64,000 nt of DNA from Phoronis australis (GCA_002633005.1 NMRA01000017.1:1332545-1396544), one strand, 5' to 3'. Shown: positions 26,323 to 40,743, counted from the stretch's first letter. The notes: generated by a model not told the origin, from the letters alone. Program-made: numbers and translations.

Positions 26323-27859
26323 CCGTACATATTGCAACTTGTCCCAAGTACAATATTCGAATGCTATGCACATTAGTCAACAATACACAAGTTGGTCTTC
26401 TGTTTGGAGACACAGTATACAGATTTCACGGAGGTGACTGGTTTCCTCAACAGCTTATGAAGTTTATACAGAGAAGAATTTGTCCAGAGACTTACACTTA
26501 AACCCTTCACACTATGGTGCCGTCATAAATGCTTGCATTCGGTTACCAACAAATTTGGTATGATATTTTTGAGAATTTCTTCTTCAATTTGTGTACTTTT
26601 AATCAAAAATCAAAGCAAAAATAAATTATTAAAATTTTCATTTGACGTCATCAGTGGATCCGGTTTCCACAATTGTGTTGTTCTACACCAGCCGAGAGGT
26701 CTAACTGATTACCTGTTTCACCTACGGCCTGAGTGTCTTCTTCACCACATCTTTATGTCGGTCTTCCTAATACTCGTCAAGCACGCTCTCTAAGTCTTTG
26801 TAACTTACAAAATCACTACTATCGGCCATTGAATAAATATTGGCAGCAGACCAACGTCTTCCATTGATGATATCACATGGTGGGAAACTAAAAAAATCAT
26901 TATTTTTCAACATTCGAAGGTCCTCAGTTACTTCCCAAAATAAGTGCTTTTAGCTCGATGTAGTTTTATAAAATTATTATACACGTTCTAAAACCTCAAA
27001 AATACAAAAATTCATTGTAGAAACGCCCTAAAAGGATACTAAAGCCTGTTTTGATGATTTCAACCAATTCTCGTTCTGCAACCTGCTAATGAGTCTCCTT
27101 TACTATACTGTGACATGAAACAACAATGTATCAATTTCTCAACTATATTGATAACGACTAAGTACTGTACACCATACTCACATTTTCATGAAAACGACAA
27201 GATTTGCGGAGATATTTGACAACGGATTTTGTCACACAAGCGTTTTCTCGGAGATGAAAATGTCAGCAAGAACACGCGTTTACTCAAGCCACAAGAAGAG
27301 ACGTGCCCGTGCGCTTCCTGGCACTCCAGAGAGGACTGAAAACTGATGCAACCACCCGCCGCAGTCCTCACAGTGTATCCAGTTTCGCTGAATGTAGCCT
27401 TGTCAAGTGCCCAGGTACGTAGCTAGCTATACATGCATTATTTTTCTTCATTGAGCAATTCATTCAAAAGCGGGCACCATCTGGCATAGTGTTTAAAAAA
27501 ACTGGAGATTAAGTGTTTTCGGCCTATCTAAGACAGTAAGCCATTCACTTCTGTAGCAAAGAATTCATGTCAACATTCGCAATTTCCTTTAGTAATGTTC
27601 AAAAAACTTTTTTACCAGTTAGGTACGTGCACTAATTTTGGGATATTCGTCCCTTGATCGAAAACGTTTGAGATAATAGAAGTTAACTTTATTTGATAGG
27701 TAGAGGTGATTTAGGAGGGAACAGGGACCCCAAACAATTCTGACTTTACCAAATGTTAAGACTGGTCCTGGTACTCTCTGATATGCCGACATTCTTTTGA
27801 AGGGTTTTCATCCCACTGAGTTTTTGGCCATTCTTTGCACAGAAGATTTGCTCACTTGT

Positions 27860-28436
27860 AAATCGATTGCGACTTCTCTTAGAGATTTGTGATTCCCCGG
27901 GTTGTCCTCCTCGGATTGAATCAGTTCCTCAACACGATGCTCGTTTTCTTTCGAACATGCAGTCTTGGGTCTCTCACTGCCACTTTTACGCGCAACAGAC
28001 CCCGTGTGTTGCGTATTTTAGCAATAAGTCCATTTTCAGTGGCACGACTCCACCCTTTTCCTTGGAACTCCCTTACGATTCTTCTTCCGCTCCACTCTTT
28101 CTCCTTGAAACAGGTTTCAATTGTAAATTTATCACTTTCACTCAAAGGCATCCTTAAAAACCGGAATATTGGACAGAACTGATTTGGATACAGGTCTGAC
28201 AACAAAAAAAAACAACAGTATACTTGAGACACAGGCATGCATGTTTTTGACAGACAGATGCCAGCACAGCGTGAACACGATGAAAGTCACAGTGATGTTG
28301 CAGTTTCACCCTGCTGTATTGAATTTCACAGTACTTCCATAAGTTTTTATATTTGACTCGAAAATTTGAACGAATTCGGTTGGTCAATTGCTGAGAAATT
28401 ACTTGTCAAAAAGTGGCTCACATTTGGGGACACCTG
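27860..28436 (-). mobile_element. Tc1/mariner-superfamily remnant (transposase N-terminal HTH plus one terminus)
   Basis: IETCFKEKEWSGRRIVREFQGKGWSR..LIAKI, then in shifted frames GS..PKTA and VEELIQSEEDNPGNHKS. Terminus caggtgtccccaaatgtgagccacttt. Confidence 0.62.
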
Positions 28437-31098
28437 ATATAAGTATTTACATCTGCCAAGCTTATAATTTTATTATCTCTAGTCTTCCCTTTTTCACAAC
28501 TAAGATCTGTTGTGGATGCTCATCCGTAAGACGATACGTGGCCCCGGGGATGTTCCCCAGGTAGATCTACCAACGATTCCTTTCTCTTTTGAGTGGACTA
28601 AAGCACATTCGAAATTTCTTTTCACCTGTTTCTTTGCAGTTTGTTCGTAAGCATCTTCGAATGGAATTTTCCTTTTCTTGTAAGAGTTAACTTGCATAAA
28701 TTTCAGCACAATAATTAAAAGCAGTTTTATCTCAAAATGATCCGAATTTCTTAAACTCCTTGTTTCAATTTTAAGTAATACGCATTCCATATAAAACCAA
28801 TATTGGTTTCTATTCTTTCTGCACACTGCCATGTGGCGGTGAAGAAGTACACATGATTACATAATTCAATTAGTCAACGGCATCATTGACCCTCTTGAAG
28901 GCAACTGAAGAGCATTGTCAATTTTTTTGTGAACTCTTGGTCTAGGTTTGAACTTAAACGCTCAACCTAGCTGTTTATATATCCACCATTCCAGGAATTT
29001 TTGCGATCTCATGCCTGTTATCTGTTCACCTACTGACTGCTTGCGAGACATTTCCTTGTTAACGTTTACAAAGAATTCTACCTGAAAATTATCGGAATTA
29101 ACCTGTTCACCCACATTACAATGAGTTCAGTCGCACGCAGTGGATTCATTACATGACACAAGCTACTCCCTACATTATCAGTACATGTTAAATTATCAAC
29201 GTTTTTGTCTGAACCAACTCTGCCATTTACATTGTACAATGCGAAGCTGATAGAAGTTACATAAATACAATAGATCACCTCCATAGTCATTTCTCTCCAT
29301 GTCTTGCACGTTGGGTACACAATAACTATCAAACACGTAACCCTACAAGAGCCAGTACCCGGTGTACCCGCACTTTTAGGAGTATTTTTCTGATTGGGCA
29401 GTATCACAGGCTCAATTCAAATTTCAATTTGATGATAACTCCTTATCAGTCAGTACATACTGCAGTCAGTACATACTGACTGTTGTACCGTACGCAAAAA
29501 TCATACCTTTTGCTAAGGTTTTTCGTGATCCTCATTTTCGTGGACACTCATTTCGGGTTCCTTGGTTAGAAAAAAATCAATATGACTATAATCTAGCCAA
29601 AATCACGTGTTTTCATTTGAAATACACGACCATTACCAGCAATATTGAAACCGTGAATTGCGCATGCGCGAAAATCACTCAGTTAGCCCNGGACACTCAT
29701 TTCGGGTTCCTTGGTTAGAAAAAAATCAATATGACTATAATCTAGCCAAAATCACGTGTTTTCATTTGAAATACACGACAGTATCTCACGTAATCTCGCG
29801 AAGTCCGAAATAATGTACACGACGTCACACGGAAATGGACGAACTTTGTATCAAATGAGCATGGATTAGAAATGGATTCTGGGCTTCGAAAAACGATAAA
29901 TCCCTTCTTGCTTGGGACCACGTTCGACCCCTAAAATGACCTTGCGTGACAAGCCAACGAATCTGATCTCAAGCAATGAATGGCATAATGTCATCTGCAT
30001 CTAAGTCCAGATATCACCTCTAATTGACTGAGGATCAATTCAAGACCAATTTCGTATCGGCAAGAGATATAAATCAGGATTTGACAAATGACAAAAAAAG
30101 AGGAAAAATGTTCAGATGTATTTTTCCACAAATAGGCTTGTGTGAGGCATATTTTTGTGCCCTAAAATTTAACTAAGATAAACTTTTTTGCACGAATAGT
30201 GTCAAAATAACGGAAACCGGAAATAAAATAAGAGGAAATCGAAACCAAAAAGAGAAAATCCTCATAAAAGATGAAATTGATAGATCAAGTTAGATTTTGT
30301 GACGGAAGGTGGGTTTATAGCCATTTTCACGAAAGACGTCGCTCTAGTCGCTTTAAATTCATTCTAGCGACGCAATGCGGAGGTTGATTGAATCAAACTT
30401 CTTCACCACTTACTCGATTTATTAAATGAACATGCAACGACCGGTAATACAATAACAGTCGTGTGGCTCAGTGTACCTGACACAAGTCAAATCCAACACG
30501 GCCGAGAAATGCAGGATGTTTTAAGGTTCGGGAGCAAAGACTAAAACTGCGCAAAGGAATTTTGTCCGAGTTAAAAGAACACTTACGAGGATTACTATAA
30601 CGAACAAGAAACCTTGAGAAGTGAAATGTACTTAACTATACAGGGTTACACACATTTTCGATAGGGTTGCAGCGACCCCGAAAAAAGCTATGCTATGGGT
30701 TTATCAGATGGCACGAGATTTATGAAATTACGAGCGCTCGGGCATAAATCATATCCCAGCTTCTTTTTTTCTTTCATAGCGCGCACGAACGATTGCGAAA
30801 AATACAGCGATTTCACAGTCATCATCGTCTTAATAATTGAAATAATAACGAAAAGCTCAAACTATATCGATGATTGCGGGTCTTCTGGTGACGTAATAAC
30901 ATCACAGCAAAATGATGCGGTACTTTGTTTACCTCGTTTCCAAATGCATGTGTCACGTATTGCACTATGTGGATTGAGAAAAATTATTTAAGTTCAATAA
31001 TATTATTTTGCGCAGCTTAAAATATTAATTGGGTGAACCTCAACATCAGTATTTATAACGTTTTTGAATTTGAAACTATTTTATTCCTGGGTTCCTAT

Positions 31099-31652
31099 TA
31101 AAAGATGATAATAATCAATAAAGATCCTTTTGAAACCGAAAAGCCGTACCTTGAGGCTGTCGGTGTACAGTCGGTTCGTCCATTTCTCAGGGACTTTGTT
31201 CACCACCAGATGCGCCCTCTCTCGTTGTGAAATAAAACAATAAGAGCATCGCCACCCCAACCTCAGACCCATTACGTCTATTCAAAAACATGGCAGGGAC
31301 CTACATCACCAGGTCTCTGATGAGGATTTCAGTGTATTAAGTCAACATCTATATAAAATATATACAGATAAGTGGAAGCGTAGGATACGGGAGGCTATCG
31401 AGATTCACATCCATAGACCAAGTCTGAACAGAGATCCCGTTCTTGACTTACCTGCGGTGTACTCGGACCTGCTACGGGATTCCCCTTAACATTAGGGAAT
31501 CCCCCATGTTGTATTGTTTTATTCCACAAGAGAGGGCGCACCTGGTGGTGAACCAAGCCCGTGAGAAATGGACGAAACGGCTGTTCACCGACAATCTAAA
31601 GGTCCGACTTTTCGGTTTCAAAAGCATCTTTATTTAGTATTATCGTTTTTTA
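31099..31652 (+). mobile_element. Truncated Penelope-like element with inverted pLTR copies
   Basis: DKWKRRIREAIEIHIHRPSLNRD (GIY-YIG C-terminal signature, ~31367-31437) flanked by ~145-bp inverted repeats (31099-31243 vs 31510-31652). Confidence 0.75.
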
Positions 31653-31658
31653 GTTTAA

Positions 31659-31983
31659 AGCGGTCATAAACCACCTTTCCGTCAAAGAAGTATATTTTTT
31701 ATTTCGACCACTCACAAGATTAGTCTCAGATGAAGCAAAGTGGTTTGCAAACAAGTGACAGTTCGTCGATTATTCGGTGAGACGATGTTTGGCGCGTAAA
31801 ATGCACACGTCGTATCAAGATAGCTTGTAGAGACTGGTCTAGGGCAGCAACGAAATGACAGTTCTTTCGAAGTCTTCAAATCACCTCCAGCTTGACTAAA
31901 GATTAATTTGAAACCAATTTCATAACCGTAAGTGGTCTAAATCAGAGGTTGTTTTCGTGATGGAAGGCGAATTTATAGCCGCT
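31659..31983. mobile_element. 325-bp TTAA-flanked MITE (Kolobok-like RR..YY termini)
   Basis: TTAA|agcggtcataaaccacctttccgtca ... tgatggaaggcgaatttatagccgct|TTAA. Partial relatives near 30300 and 40140-40205. Confidence 0.72.
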
Positions 31984-32586
31984 TTAAATTGCTTCATAAC
32001 AATGTTTCGGAACGCCTTCGGACTCTAGAAACAAATGCAAGACAGCACATTCATTTTGGTTCTGGTCTGCACCCAAGTCCCTTTTAAAGATGCGAAAAGG
32101 AGAAATCCCACGTCTGCATCATATTTGCCAAAAATTACCTTTTTTAATAATCTGACAAATATAACGTATTTTCAACGCAATGAGTTGTCAACTCAACTAT
32201 AAACCTTGCCTTAAAGAACTACAAACCAGTACCGTAAGGGGCGACAAAGAACATGAGAGCCCTCCCACTCGGCACCACTCGCGCCAAGGCATCACTGAAG
32301 CTCGTTTGAATTGAGAAAAAAGGCATTGCTACACCAGTTTAGCTAGCATCAGGTGAATTTCTAATTCCTAAATGTGAGCTAAAATATAGCTGTGCACTAT
32401 TTCAATTTTCAAAACAAGCATCGACCAGAACCAAATATATGCCTTATTGGCATAACCTATAGTCAAACCCAGAACGATGACTAGTTAAACATGTAACAAG
32501 TTTCTTTCCAATTAAATACTGACGCTAAAAAACTCCAACTCGCTGCTAAAATACTAAAACACAACAGCTCAAGATTAGCGATTCAG

Positions 32587-32760
32587 GGGTATGTTTCACT
32601 AAAAGACTTTGGTGGCAACTAATTAGTTACGACATATTTATGAGATCTAAACCAGGTGTAAATCAGACTTTAAGTGCAGAAAAATCCCAACTTGAGTTGT
32701 CAGCTAAAGATTAACTTCATGCTGAGTCGCAAAGTTGCAACCTGTCCGTGAAACAAGCAC
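32587..32760. mobile_element. PIF/Harbinger-like MITE just downstream of the large gene's stop codon
   Basis: CAG|gggtatgtttcac ... gtgaaacaagcac|CAG (3-bp TSD). Confidence 0.55.
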
Positions 32761-32833
32761 CAGTAGCTACAAAAATGAACTTAACTTTCGCTTAATAAAG
32801 GTTGCTAAAGAAGCAAGATCTAGAAATACTAAA

Positions 32834-35180
32834 CTACACGCCCGTGTTTGGCGCTGTTTTTCTGCTCTTTCTCAACAGCTCCACGGCATCAGCGCTCTCT
32901 TTCAATTTTTTCTTAAGCTGTCTTATCCTCTCCTCGTGCAAGTCGACAGCTCCCACATCTGACAGAGCGGTCGATGAGCCATTTTTACTGGCAGACTCGG
33001 ACAACTTTACGCTCGCATTCCCAGTTATTGATGCTCCGGTCTTCGCAGCAGCAATCACATTTGTATCAGTTGTGGTATTTTTAACCAATGTATGTGCACT
33101 GCTTGATGAGGCCAAAGAGACACCAATAGGAGACTGAGCGGAGGAACTTCGGCTGGCTGCTGGGGTCAACAAACCAGCAGATGGAGGCACAAGATGCAAA
33201 TTGAAAGTCGAAGGTTGCACAAACGTGCTGGAAACACTGCCTTGAACGGGATTCAGCAAAGACGAAGGTGGTGCAACAACTTTAGGAGTAGCAGAAGTCG
33301 TCGGAGAATTCACGTAAATAATTTTTACGTTTGGAGTCTTTGGATTGCTTTGCACAGTGTTCACCGATACCGGAATACCGGATTGTACAGAACCAGAATT
33401 TGTCTGTACAGCTGCTACAGGAATTACTTTATCTTGACGCACTTTGTTTTGCGGCAACGGCATCAGATAAAACTTATTGTCAATCGATATGATTTGGAAG
33501 GTGTTGCTGGCAATGGGCTGTGCAACCTGCACGACTTGCTGCGAGGGTGGGATACTTCCCTGCTGCCATCCTACCCCACTAGCTACTAAGGGCGCAGGGG
33601 TTGCAATCTGTGGTGTTCCTGCCTTTGTGCCAACTGGCAACTCCTTAGGCAGTTTTGGGCTGTTTGTAGACAAGCTTAGGTGAGTTTTGATGGCGTTAAG
33701 GACAGTGGCGGAAGACTTTGCTTGTGGAACGCGGTCGGCCGCGACCACTTTCCGTTGAACTGGAGCAGGTAAATAGGAGCCAGAGGTCACTAAACTTGTC
33801 TGAACACTGTTATTAGCTGACAAAACGGGTTTTACAGCTGAAGTCAACACAGATGCGCTGCAGGTAGCTGTCTGAGATTTCAGCATACTTATCAAACCAC
33901 TGCTCGTTTTCGTGAACGCCTTTGGGTTGGAATTCACGGCACGCGCACGTTCTAATGCCTTGTCCAGGCCAATTTGCAGAGATAGCGATGATTTATTCTC
34001 CAAAGCCTTTTTAAACAGAGGTAAGCGAAATGGTTGATTTTTCTGCTTAGTTGTACCTTGATACCAGTTGTCATCTATGTGCACACGCTTAGTTTTCGCA
34101 ATGGTATTTCGTCTATCGAGAGGAATGAACTCTCGCACGTGACCAGTACTCGAGGGCGAAAAATATACTTTGGATCTCATGCGCTTCACATTTTTAATAT
34201 GTTCGTTCTCAGCAACTTCTATTTCGGAAAGTTCTTTTCTTTTCAGGGATTTACTAAATGCTGACACATCTGGTAAACACTTTCTAAGGAGAACTTTGCA
34301 ATAAAATTCCTCGGACGACGTGCCTTTACTCAATGGCAATTTATCCATATGCGTTTCAAAATTTTCCTGCTTCTCACTTTCAAAATTCTCGTCGTAACCA
34401 AAATCTATTGGCTCTTCTTTTATACCCAGTTTCTCCTCCAATGTTCGATACCCGCGCTGCTTTTGACCGGCAGCGTCACCTTCCGCAGACTTGAATATGG
34501 AACTGTCACGAGGACAATCGTAATCCACGGGTTCTTCTTTTATTTTTACCATATCTGGAGGGATTTCGCCCGAAGTGTTACCAGAGCTGTCGTTTCCACC
34601 TATTCCCGGTTCAATCTTAACAGAAACCATTGGTGATAAAACAGGCATGTCGAGAAACTCGTCATCTTTCTCAAGAGACGACGGCGTTGCTACTGTTTTG
34701 GTTGGCGCTAGGGTACACACTGATGAGATTTTGAGCTCTGACATTTCTTTACGAGGTTCGGTGTCCGTTTTCTTTCCAGTTGCTTTTCGTGTAGTTTTTT
34801 CCTTGTTGACTGCCCTTGAATAACGATGGTCCTTGTAATAATCTGGCTTGTTTGCCACCAACATAGTCGACACACCACCAGGGGAGCTCTGGACGGCAAC
34901 TAGTGACTTCGTATCACGTGATGTCGCCGCTCGTATACCCCCAGGCGGACTCCGAGCTGGTAAAAGCACTTTCCTTTTCGTCCCATTCACTGTTGCTAAT
35001 TCACACTTATAAAGCAATTTGGCGTCGCCTTTCTGTTTACATGGAAGTAAATAGTATTGATTGGGCACGTAGTTGTCGTTATCATGAGGGGCTGGAAGGG
35101 CCTCCGACTTCGGGGACACCGGAACCTGGCTTATGGGCGGGTCCAATGGCTGACTAGCATTTTTCAGTCCGTTAACTACC
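32834..35180 (-). CDS. Large terminal exon of an ~833-aa low-complexity nuclear-type protein (LRIF1-like C-terminus)
   Basis: Uninterrupted 2.3-kb ORF; acceptor tctctcgtcgttgcag|G; VKIE/IKEE/IKEE SUMO consensus sites; basic KRK/KRMR clusters; S/T/P/V-rich region; terminal coiled coil HEERIRQLKKKLKESADAVELLRK. Confidence 0.85.
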
Positions 35181-35664
35181 CTGCAACGACGAGAGAAATG
35201 ATATTAATGTCCTTGCGGTGACAAGCGCAACGTGAAGTATTGATAAGAAATGATTCCGGGGTTCTCCCAGAGCAAAAATTCAAACAAGGCTCCACTTTTT
35301 GCTAATCCACAGCCACAATAGTTTGGTGTACACAAAGTTTACACTTGCACGTGCAATCTATTTCAATCATTTGCTGTGGTGCAGAAAATTAAGCTTATTG
35401 AAGAAAACCATTTCAAAAGGTGGCCCAAAAGTAAAAACACGGCTCAAGTCCATGTTTGACTACAAGCAAGGAGAACACTGGATTCATACCACACTTCGCC
35501 GTACTGAGTGCTCACATGAAATGTCACAATCAGGCTTGGAAATTATACATGTACCAGAAATTGTACTAATCATGATTTGCAGTTCTAGAACAACCAACAT
35601 GGAACAGAAAGAATACACTGTGAGATACAAAGTTCCTAGGACATTTTTGCAATGAAAAACGATA

Positions 35665-36890
35665 TTTCGATGAAATTTTCCAAACACTACGTAAAAAGTA
35701 GGAGAAAAACTTGTGTAAGTCACGCATGATCAAGTAAAATCCTACGACGGAAGGGGAGAGTTTCGCGAGTGAGTTCCGTGCCTTACTCGAACTAGCAAAA
35801 TGGCGGCAATTAAAATGAATGGTCGGAAAGGCTGGAATGCGATACAGGTCGTTGTTATCGTGGGCCGTTCAGGTGACAGTATCGCTCGTAATTGCCGAGA
35901 CTTCGCATCGTGTTTTACAACCGTAATCTTACTACCGTAATCAATATATCCAATGAGAAATATGTGTGTAGGTGGCGTGAAGCTGTACGCTCGTAATTTT
36001 ACGCTCGTCATTCTACGTTCGTTATTTCACGCTCGTAATTTTACGTTCGTAATTGTACGCTCGTATTTTAAACATGTTATGAAGTGTTCAGAAGGTAAAA
36101 TCTCAAGTGGTAACCTATACAAGTATATAAATACAAAAGAAAAACATCGAAGACTGACTGATTTTTTTTACTTGCTGCCCTAGCCATCCAAGGCATTTGA
36201 AGGTGGTCCGTTTAGGTACATAGTAAGGTGCCTAAATGTATATCTAGCAGGCTGCCTGACAATGCTTTTATTTTATTTGTTAAAATTAACATGCGTTCTT
36301 AATATTTTGGCTAAATTTCATTCTCTTACTGTTAACAGCACATGCAGATGACATATGACAGTCCAAAGAACATAGGTCCAAAACCGTTTTCGGGGGGGGG
36401 GGGGCGTAATGTACTGTAGCAGAATTTCTAAATGTTGGTGGTAAATCACTCATCCTTAACATTTGAATAACAAAAGATTTACACTACAAAAACAATACCA
36501 ACTACGTATTAGTTTTATGGCTGGTAGTCTCACGTACTACTTTTTAAAATGACGTGCGTTAAATTACAATGAAAAATACGAGCGTAAGACTTCTTCAGGC
36601 CTCACGTTACACACAAATCAATTCTCATTGGACGTAACGATTTCGGTCGTAAAACACGAGCGAAGCCTCGGTCGTAATTACGCTCGCACTTACAAACGAA
36701 CGATTACGGATGAGACTTTCCCCCGAAACGGCCCACGATACGTTGTTTCCGGTTACGTATACGGCGATTTCTCGGTGTAAGTGCCACGCGAGCGTCAACA
36801 GGGGCATATTTCATGAAAAAATCACTTACGAATATAGACAGAAATTTGGTTTTACGCTCCACACAATTTTTTCTGAAAATTCATCGAATC
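35665..36890. mobile_element. Degenerate foldback element with subterminal 15-bp tandem repeats
   Basis: Inverted matches ttcgatgaa.tttc, atcgtgggccgtt and tccaatgagaa. About five acg(c/t)tcgtaatttt units at 35990-36070, with reverse copies near 36575 and 36655. Confidence 0.6.
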
Positions 36891-38930
36891 TCACTAGTGC
36901 AATATTCCAAAGTCGCTGAGAAATACACATAAATGCAAGTTACTGATAAATTTCTATTAATTATTTCAAGACTATGACATGCTCTTAGTTACTTACCTAA
37001 ATTTTTTCAGCAATTGTAAAATGGTAGCGTAAGACCAAATTTCTATCTTAAGTCACTTTTATGAAACAAACCATAGGTCAAGCCTCAGAGTATGACCCTT
37101 GTTACTTTTGCGCAGTCAAGTGAATTTCGAGTTCTCATTCCAATTACTACAAAATAGCGCTTCCGCTTCTGAATGTTAATTTACCAGCTCAGATTTACGC
37201 AGCTGAATGAAATTGTCGTTAGTATATTAAGCGTACCGAAAAATTTATAACTCAAAACCTTGAATTTCAAATTTCAAATACGTTTATCCACTGTTTCGTC
37301 TACTGTCTGAAGATTGTAAGACGGGAAAGTATTGTTTGTTCAAATAAATATTTCTCTGAAGTTGCCGACTAGAATGTCAAAAGAGTGCAATATTATGTCA
37401 CATCTAAAACACACACAATTACCACAAGCCGGTTTTTAAAGACAACCGCATATACTAAATTGTAGACTGACGATGCTGGCAGAAAGTCACAGGGCTGAAC
37501 GAGTACCTACCAACGTTTCGTTATTTTCGACTAGAGCTGTTTCTGCTATTTACTAACGTATAAAAATTTCGCACTTCTTCATAAAACGCAGTGAAAATGG
37601 TTTTACTTACTAGTTCTCAACTAAGACAACGCGCATGCGCCTATGCATGCCAATATAACACGGAAGAGTGTATCACAAGTAACTTAACTTCTCACTCTTT
37701 CACGGTCTTTCATGGTTCAATTCTGGTGGCACCGCAAGGGCGTGCTTGTGAATATGTTACTCCTTGGAAATTTCTTATAACTTATAGACTACTAACTAGA
37801 CAAAGCGTTACATTCTTCAACCTTAACACCAATCCAATTTGAACTGACACATGTATTAACCTCGTTATAAATTTTGGTTATTTTATAGACAGTCGACGTT
37901 CGGAAATGTGCTGCGCTTTGTCACATTAACAACAATTTGCGTAAGTGGGACTTATCACAATTGCATGCGTGGCACATGCGCATTAACGTGACAGACAACT
38001 AAATAAAGCATTACGCTCCAAGGGGAACCAACAATAAAATATTGTTTTTTTCTTCAAATAACGCATACCTGACGAAAACGGCACTTTCTGGTAAGTCAAT
38101 TAGATTAACTTTCGTTATTTGGATTTTTTTATTTTGAATTTATTTGTGGAAAGTACCGCTGTATTCCCTGGTTTTTATAATGCAGATCAAGAACAGTGCC
38201 TTTCAATCTATCGGGGTTTCGTATCCAAATTAGGAATGGCCGAAGGGAACACTAGCGTATCTAAGACTTCGCACAGAGGTAACAACGACTTTCTAAGAAA
38301 AATCTTCGCGCAAAGGCTAAACCGCCACGCCGACGTTCGGTGTCCAGTGGCTGTTTGCATGAAACAGTCCAAATAGGGACTAAACTAAGTTCTCTAAATC
38401 TACTGCATAATTGTGGAATCGAGAGTGAACTCGACGTTGAATTCTCAATACTATCAAAAATGTATAGGGATCTTTTCATGCAACGCTCCTAACTTTAGGA
38501 CTAAGTCCCTATTTATTTTCATTGAATACACGGCTCACTTTTCAGTTATATTTTCAGAAAATGTCTTTAGTCAAAGAGGGGATCATAATCAAGCTGAAAT
38601 GATAGAAAAAGATTACGTTTATGAGTTAAGAAAGACGCAAACAGGCAAAAGATTTCACATTTTCTTTTACTGAATGTTTTTTTTTGTTTTCAAACCAAAA
38701 AGCTGGAATCTGCTGAATAAGGTGGAACTCGAAACCGTGGAACTGTCGAACAAGGTATCACTTTCACAGGAGGTCCTTGGGTTTTTGGCTGTTTACGCTA
38801 AACTAACGATTAGTGATCTGATCACCCATTAAAAGTGAAACGTCCCCTTCTCCCTAAAAACAAAAAAAACACTCTGTGCTATTAACCAATCAACCTGTCT
38901 ACGTGATGTTGCAATGTTCGTTGTCTATAC

Positions 38931-39650
38931 CAGGGGTAGGCAACGTCTTTGAGTATTCGACCCCACTTCAAATAGGTCTGGTGACGTAGCAGCACGGAAA
39001 GAAAACCACAAATTCGCATTTTTAGCAGTGCAGAGTGAAAGTTCATGCGTGACAATAAAAACTCTAAACTTCAGATATTTCGCTGGTTCTTTTGGTTACC
39101 CATGTTCTGAATGAAAAAAAACTCTGAGTGAAATCTTCATGTCCTATGTCACAAGTGTGACTAAAACAGGGTTTTGTTACCTCAACTCCACTTTTTCTTA
39201 TTAGTGCCCATTAACCGCGCTATTGCGTGACATTCGTGACCTTTTCATAATAATGCTGACGCTAAACAAACGAGGTACACAGATTTCCCTAAATGTTGAA
39301 TGTTGAATCGAACCTGGTCCGTGTTCCGTAGATGGGAGAATCTCGTGAAAACCGCACGATCACGCATAACTTCGTGACATACCGCCATCATGTTACAAGC
39401 GAAGCACGTGTTTACACTAGCTTCTTTAGAGAGATTCTAGCATGCACGGAACGCCCTACTGATTTGCAACACAGCAGTCAAACAAACAAGATTAGGAAAC
39501 CTGAACCTAAGGCCACAATAGCATCTCTCACAGCTTGGTTGTAGTGAATTTCTCAAAAAGTATTGGAGCATGATTTGCTATCATGTGGTCGCGTGGCAGA
39601 TAAATTATGCAGATCATCCGCTGCCCGCGGACCGTAAATTGCCTACCCCT
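38931..39650. mobile_element. hAT (Charlie-like) MITE in the intron of the large gene
   Basis: caggggtaggcaa ... ttgcctacccct TIRs, ccgcggaccgta subterminal motif, NTCTANAN-like flank (gtctatac). Confidence 0.72.
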
Positions 39651-40743
39651 CTAGAATGAACCATGACCTGAAGCTCTTCCATAATTTTATAAATTGGCTA
39701 GGCGGGAAAGAAAGACTACGCCAAAGGTAAGGCATGCCAGTACTTTGTGTCTGCTGGCCAGACCCTGCGTCTTTAGATTTAATAAAAATGAAACATAAGA
39801 TAAGCTCAACAGAATCCTTTCAGTAGCTCTGTCCAATAAAAGCATGTCCACTGCTTACTTCAGAAGTATTTTACGTAATAGAACTGTGAACAAATGGTTT
39901 GCAAAAAAATTTAGTGCCAATAAACTTGCCTTTCGTCAAAGAAACTAATTTGAGTTAGACTACTTCAGGCAAAAAGCTGATCTCAACTTTCTCCTGACTC
40001 AAATTAGAAGTGTTTTCTGGGCTCCCAAAGAAATGACAGGTTAATTTGTAGAACCTAATCTCAAACAATAACGAATTGCCAGTTCTTCCAAGTCATGACG
40101 TCACGCACATTTCAATCAAGTAACAGTGCAAGACGTATTTCATAACGGTAAGTGGTTTAGATAAAAAATTGGTTTTCGATATGGAAGCTAGGTCAATAGT
40201 CGCTACAAAATTATTAGGTACCAGTGACTAAAAATCCTCGTTTCAGCAAACTAAACAATCGTTTCTGCTATACTGGCATACAATACAACATGTACCAGGA
40301 ATATAAAATTCCACAGAAGCGAGTGTAAGCGCGAGTCAGATATAGCCTCGCAATGACTCAAAATCTCGCTGAAACCAAATTGCAAGTGGTCGTTTTGATG
40401 TGTTCACAAACATATTATTAGTGACACGAATACAAAGATAGAAAACAGCTCACTGAAAAAGTATTACAGTTCCGCCAAATGTGGAAATAGATCTATACTA
40501 AATAGACCTATGGTCGTATGAAAACTGAAATATTTGCTTCACATCTTTATTAAAAGCAACCTAGATGAAGCAAAAAAAAAAAACAAACTATAACTAAAAC
40601 TAAAAAACAACATGTCCAGCAACTCAATAGTCACACGAAACTCGATTTTTCAATTCATAGTTCAGATGAGTTTCAACGCATATTACTGAGGGATCTTTTT
40701 TCACAGACATGTATTTAAATATCAGTTTAAAATGTTAACATAC

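Noticed and set aside
29541-29779. Exact ~89-bp direct duplication
   Set aside because: The second copy starts immediately after an 'n' at 29690, so it is most likely a contig-join artefact. The sequence is also a dispersed repeat (related piece near 62570).
32735-35157. Multiple plus-strand ORFs overlapping the large exon
   Set aside because: These are antisense shadows of the real minus-strand ORF, with no motifs.
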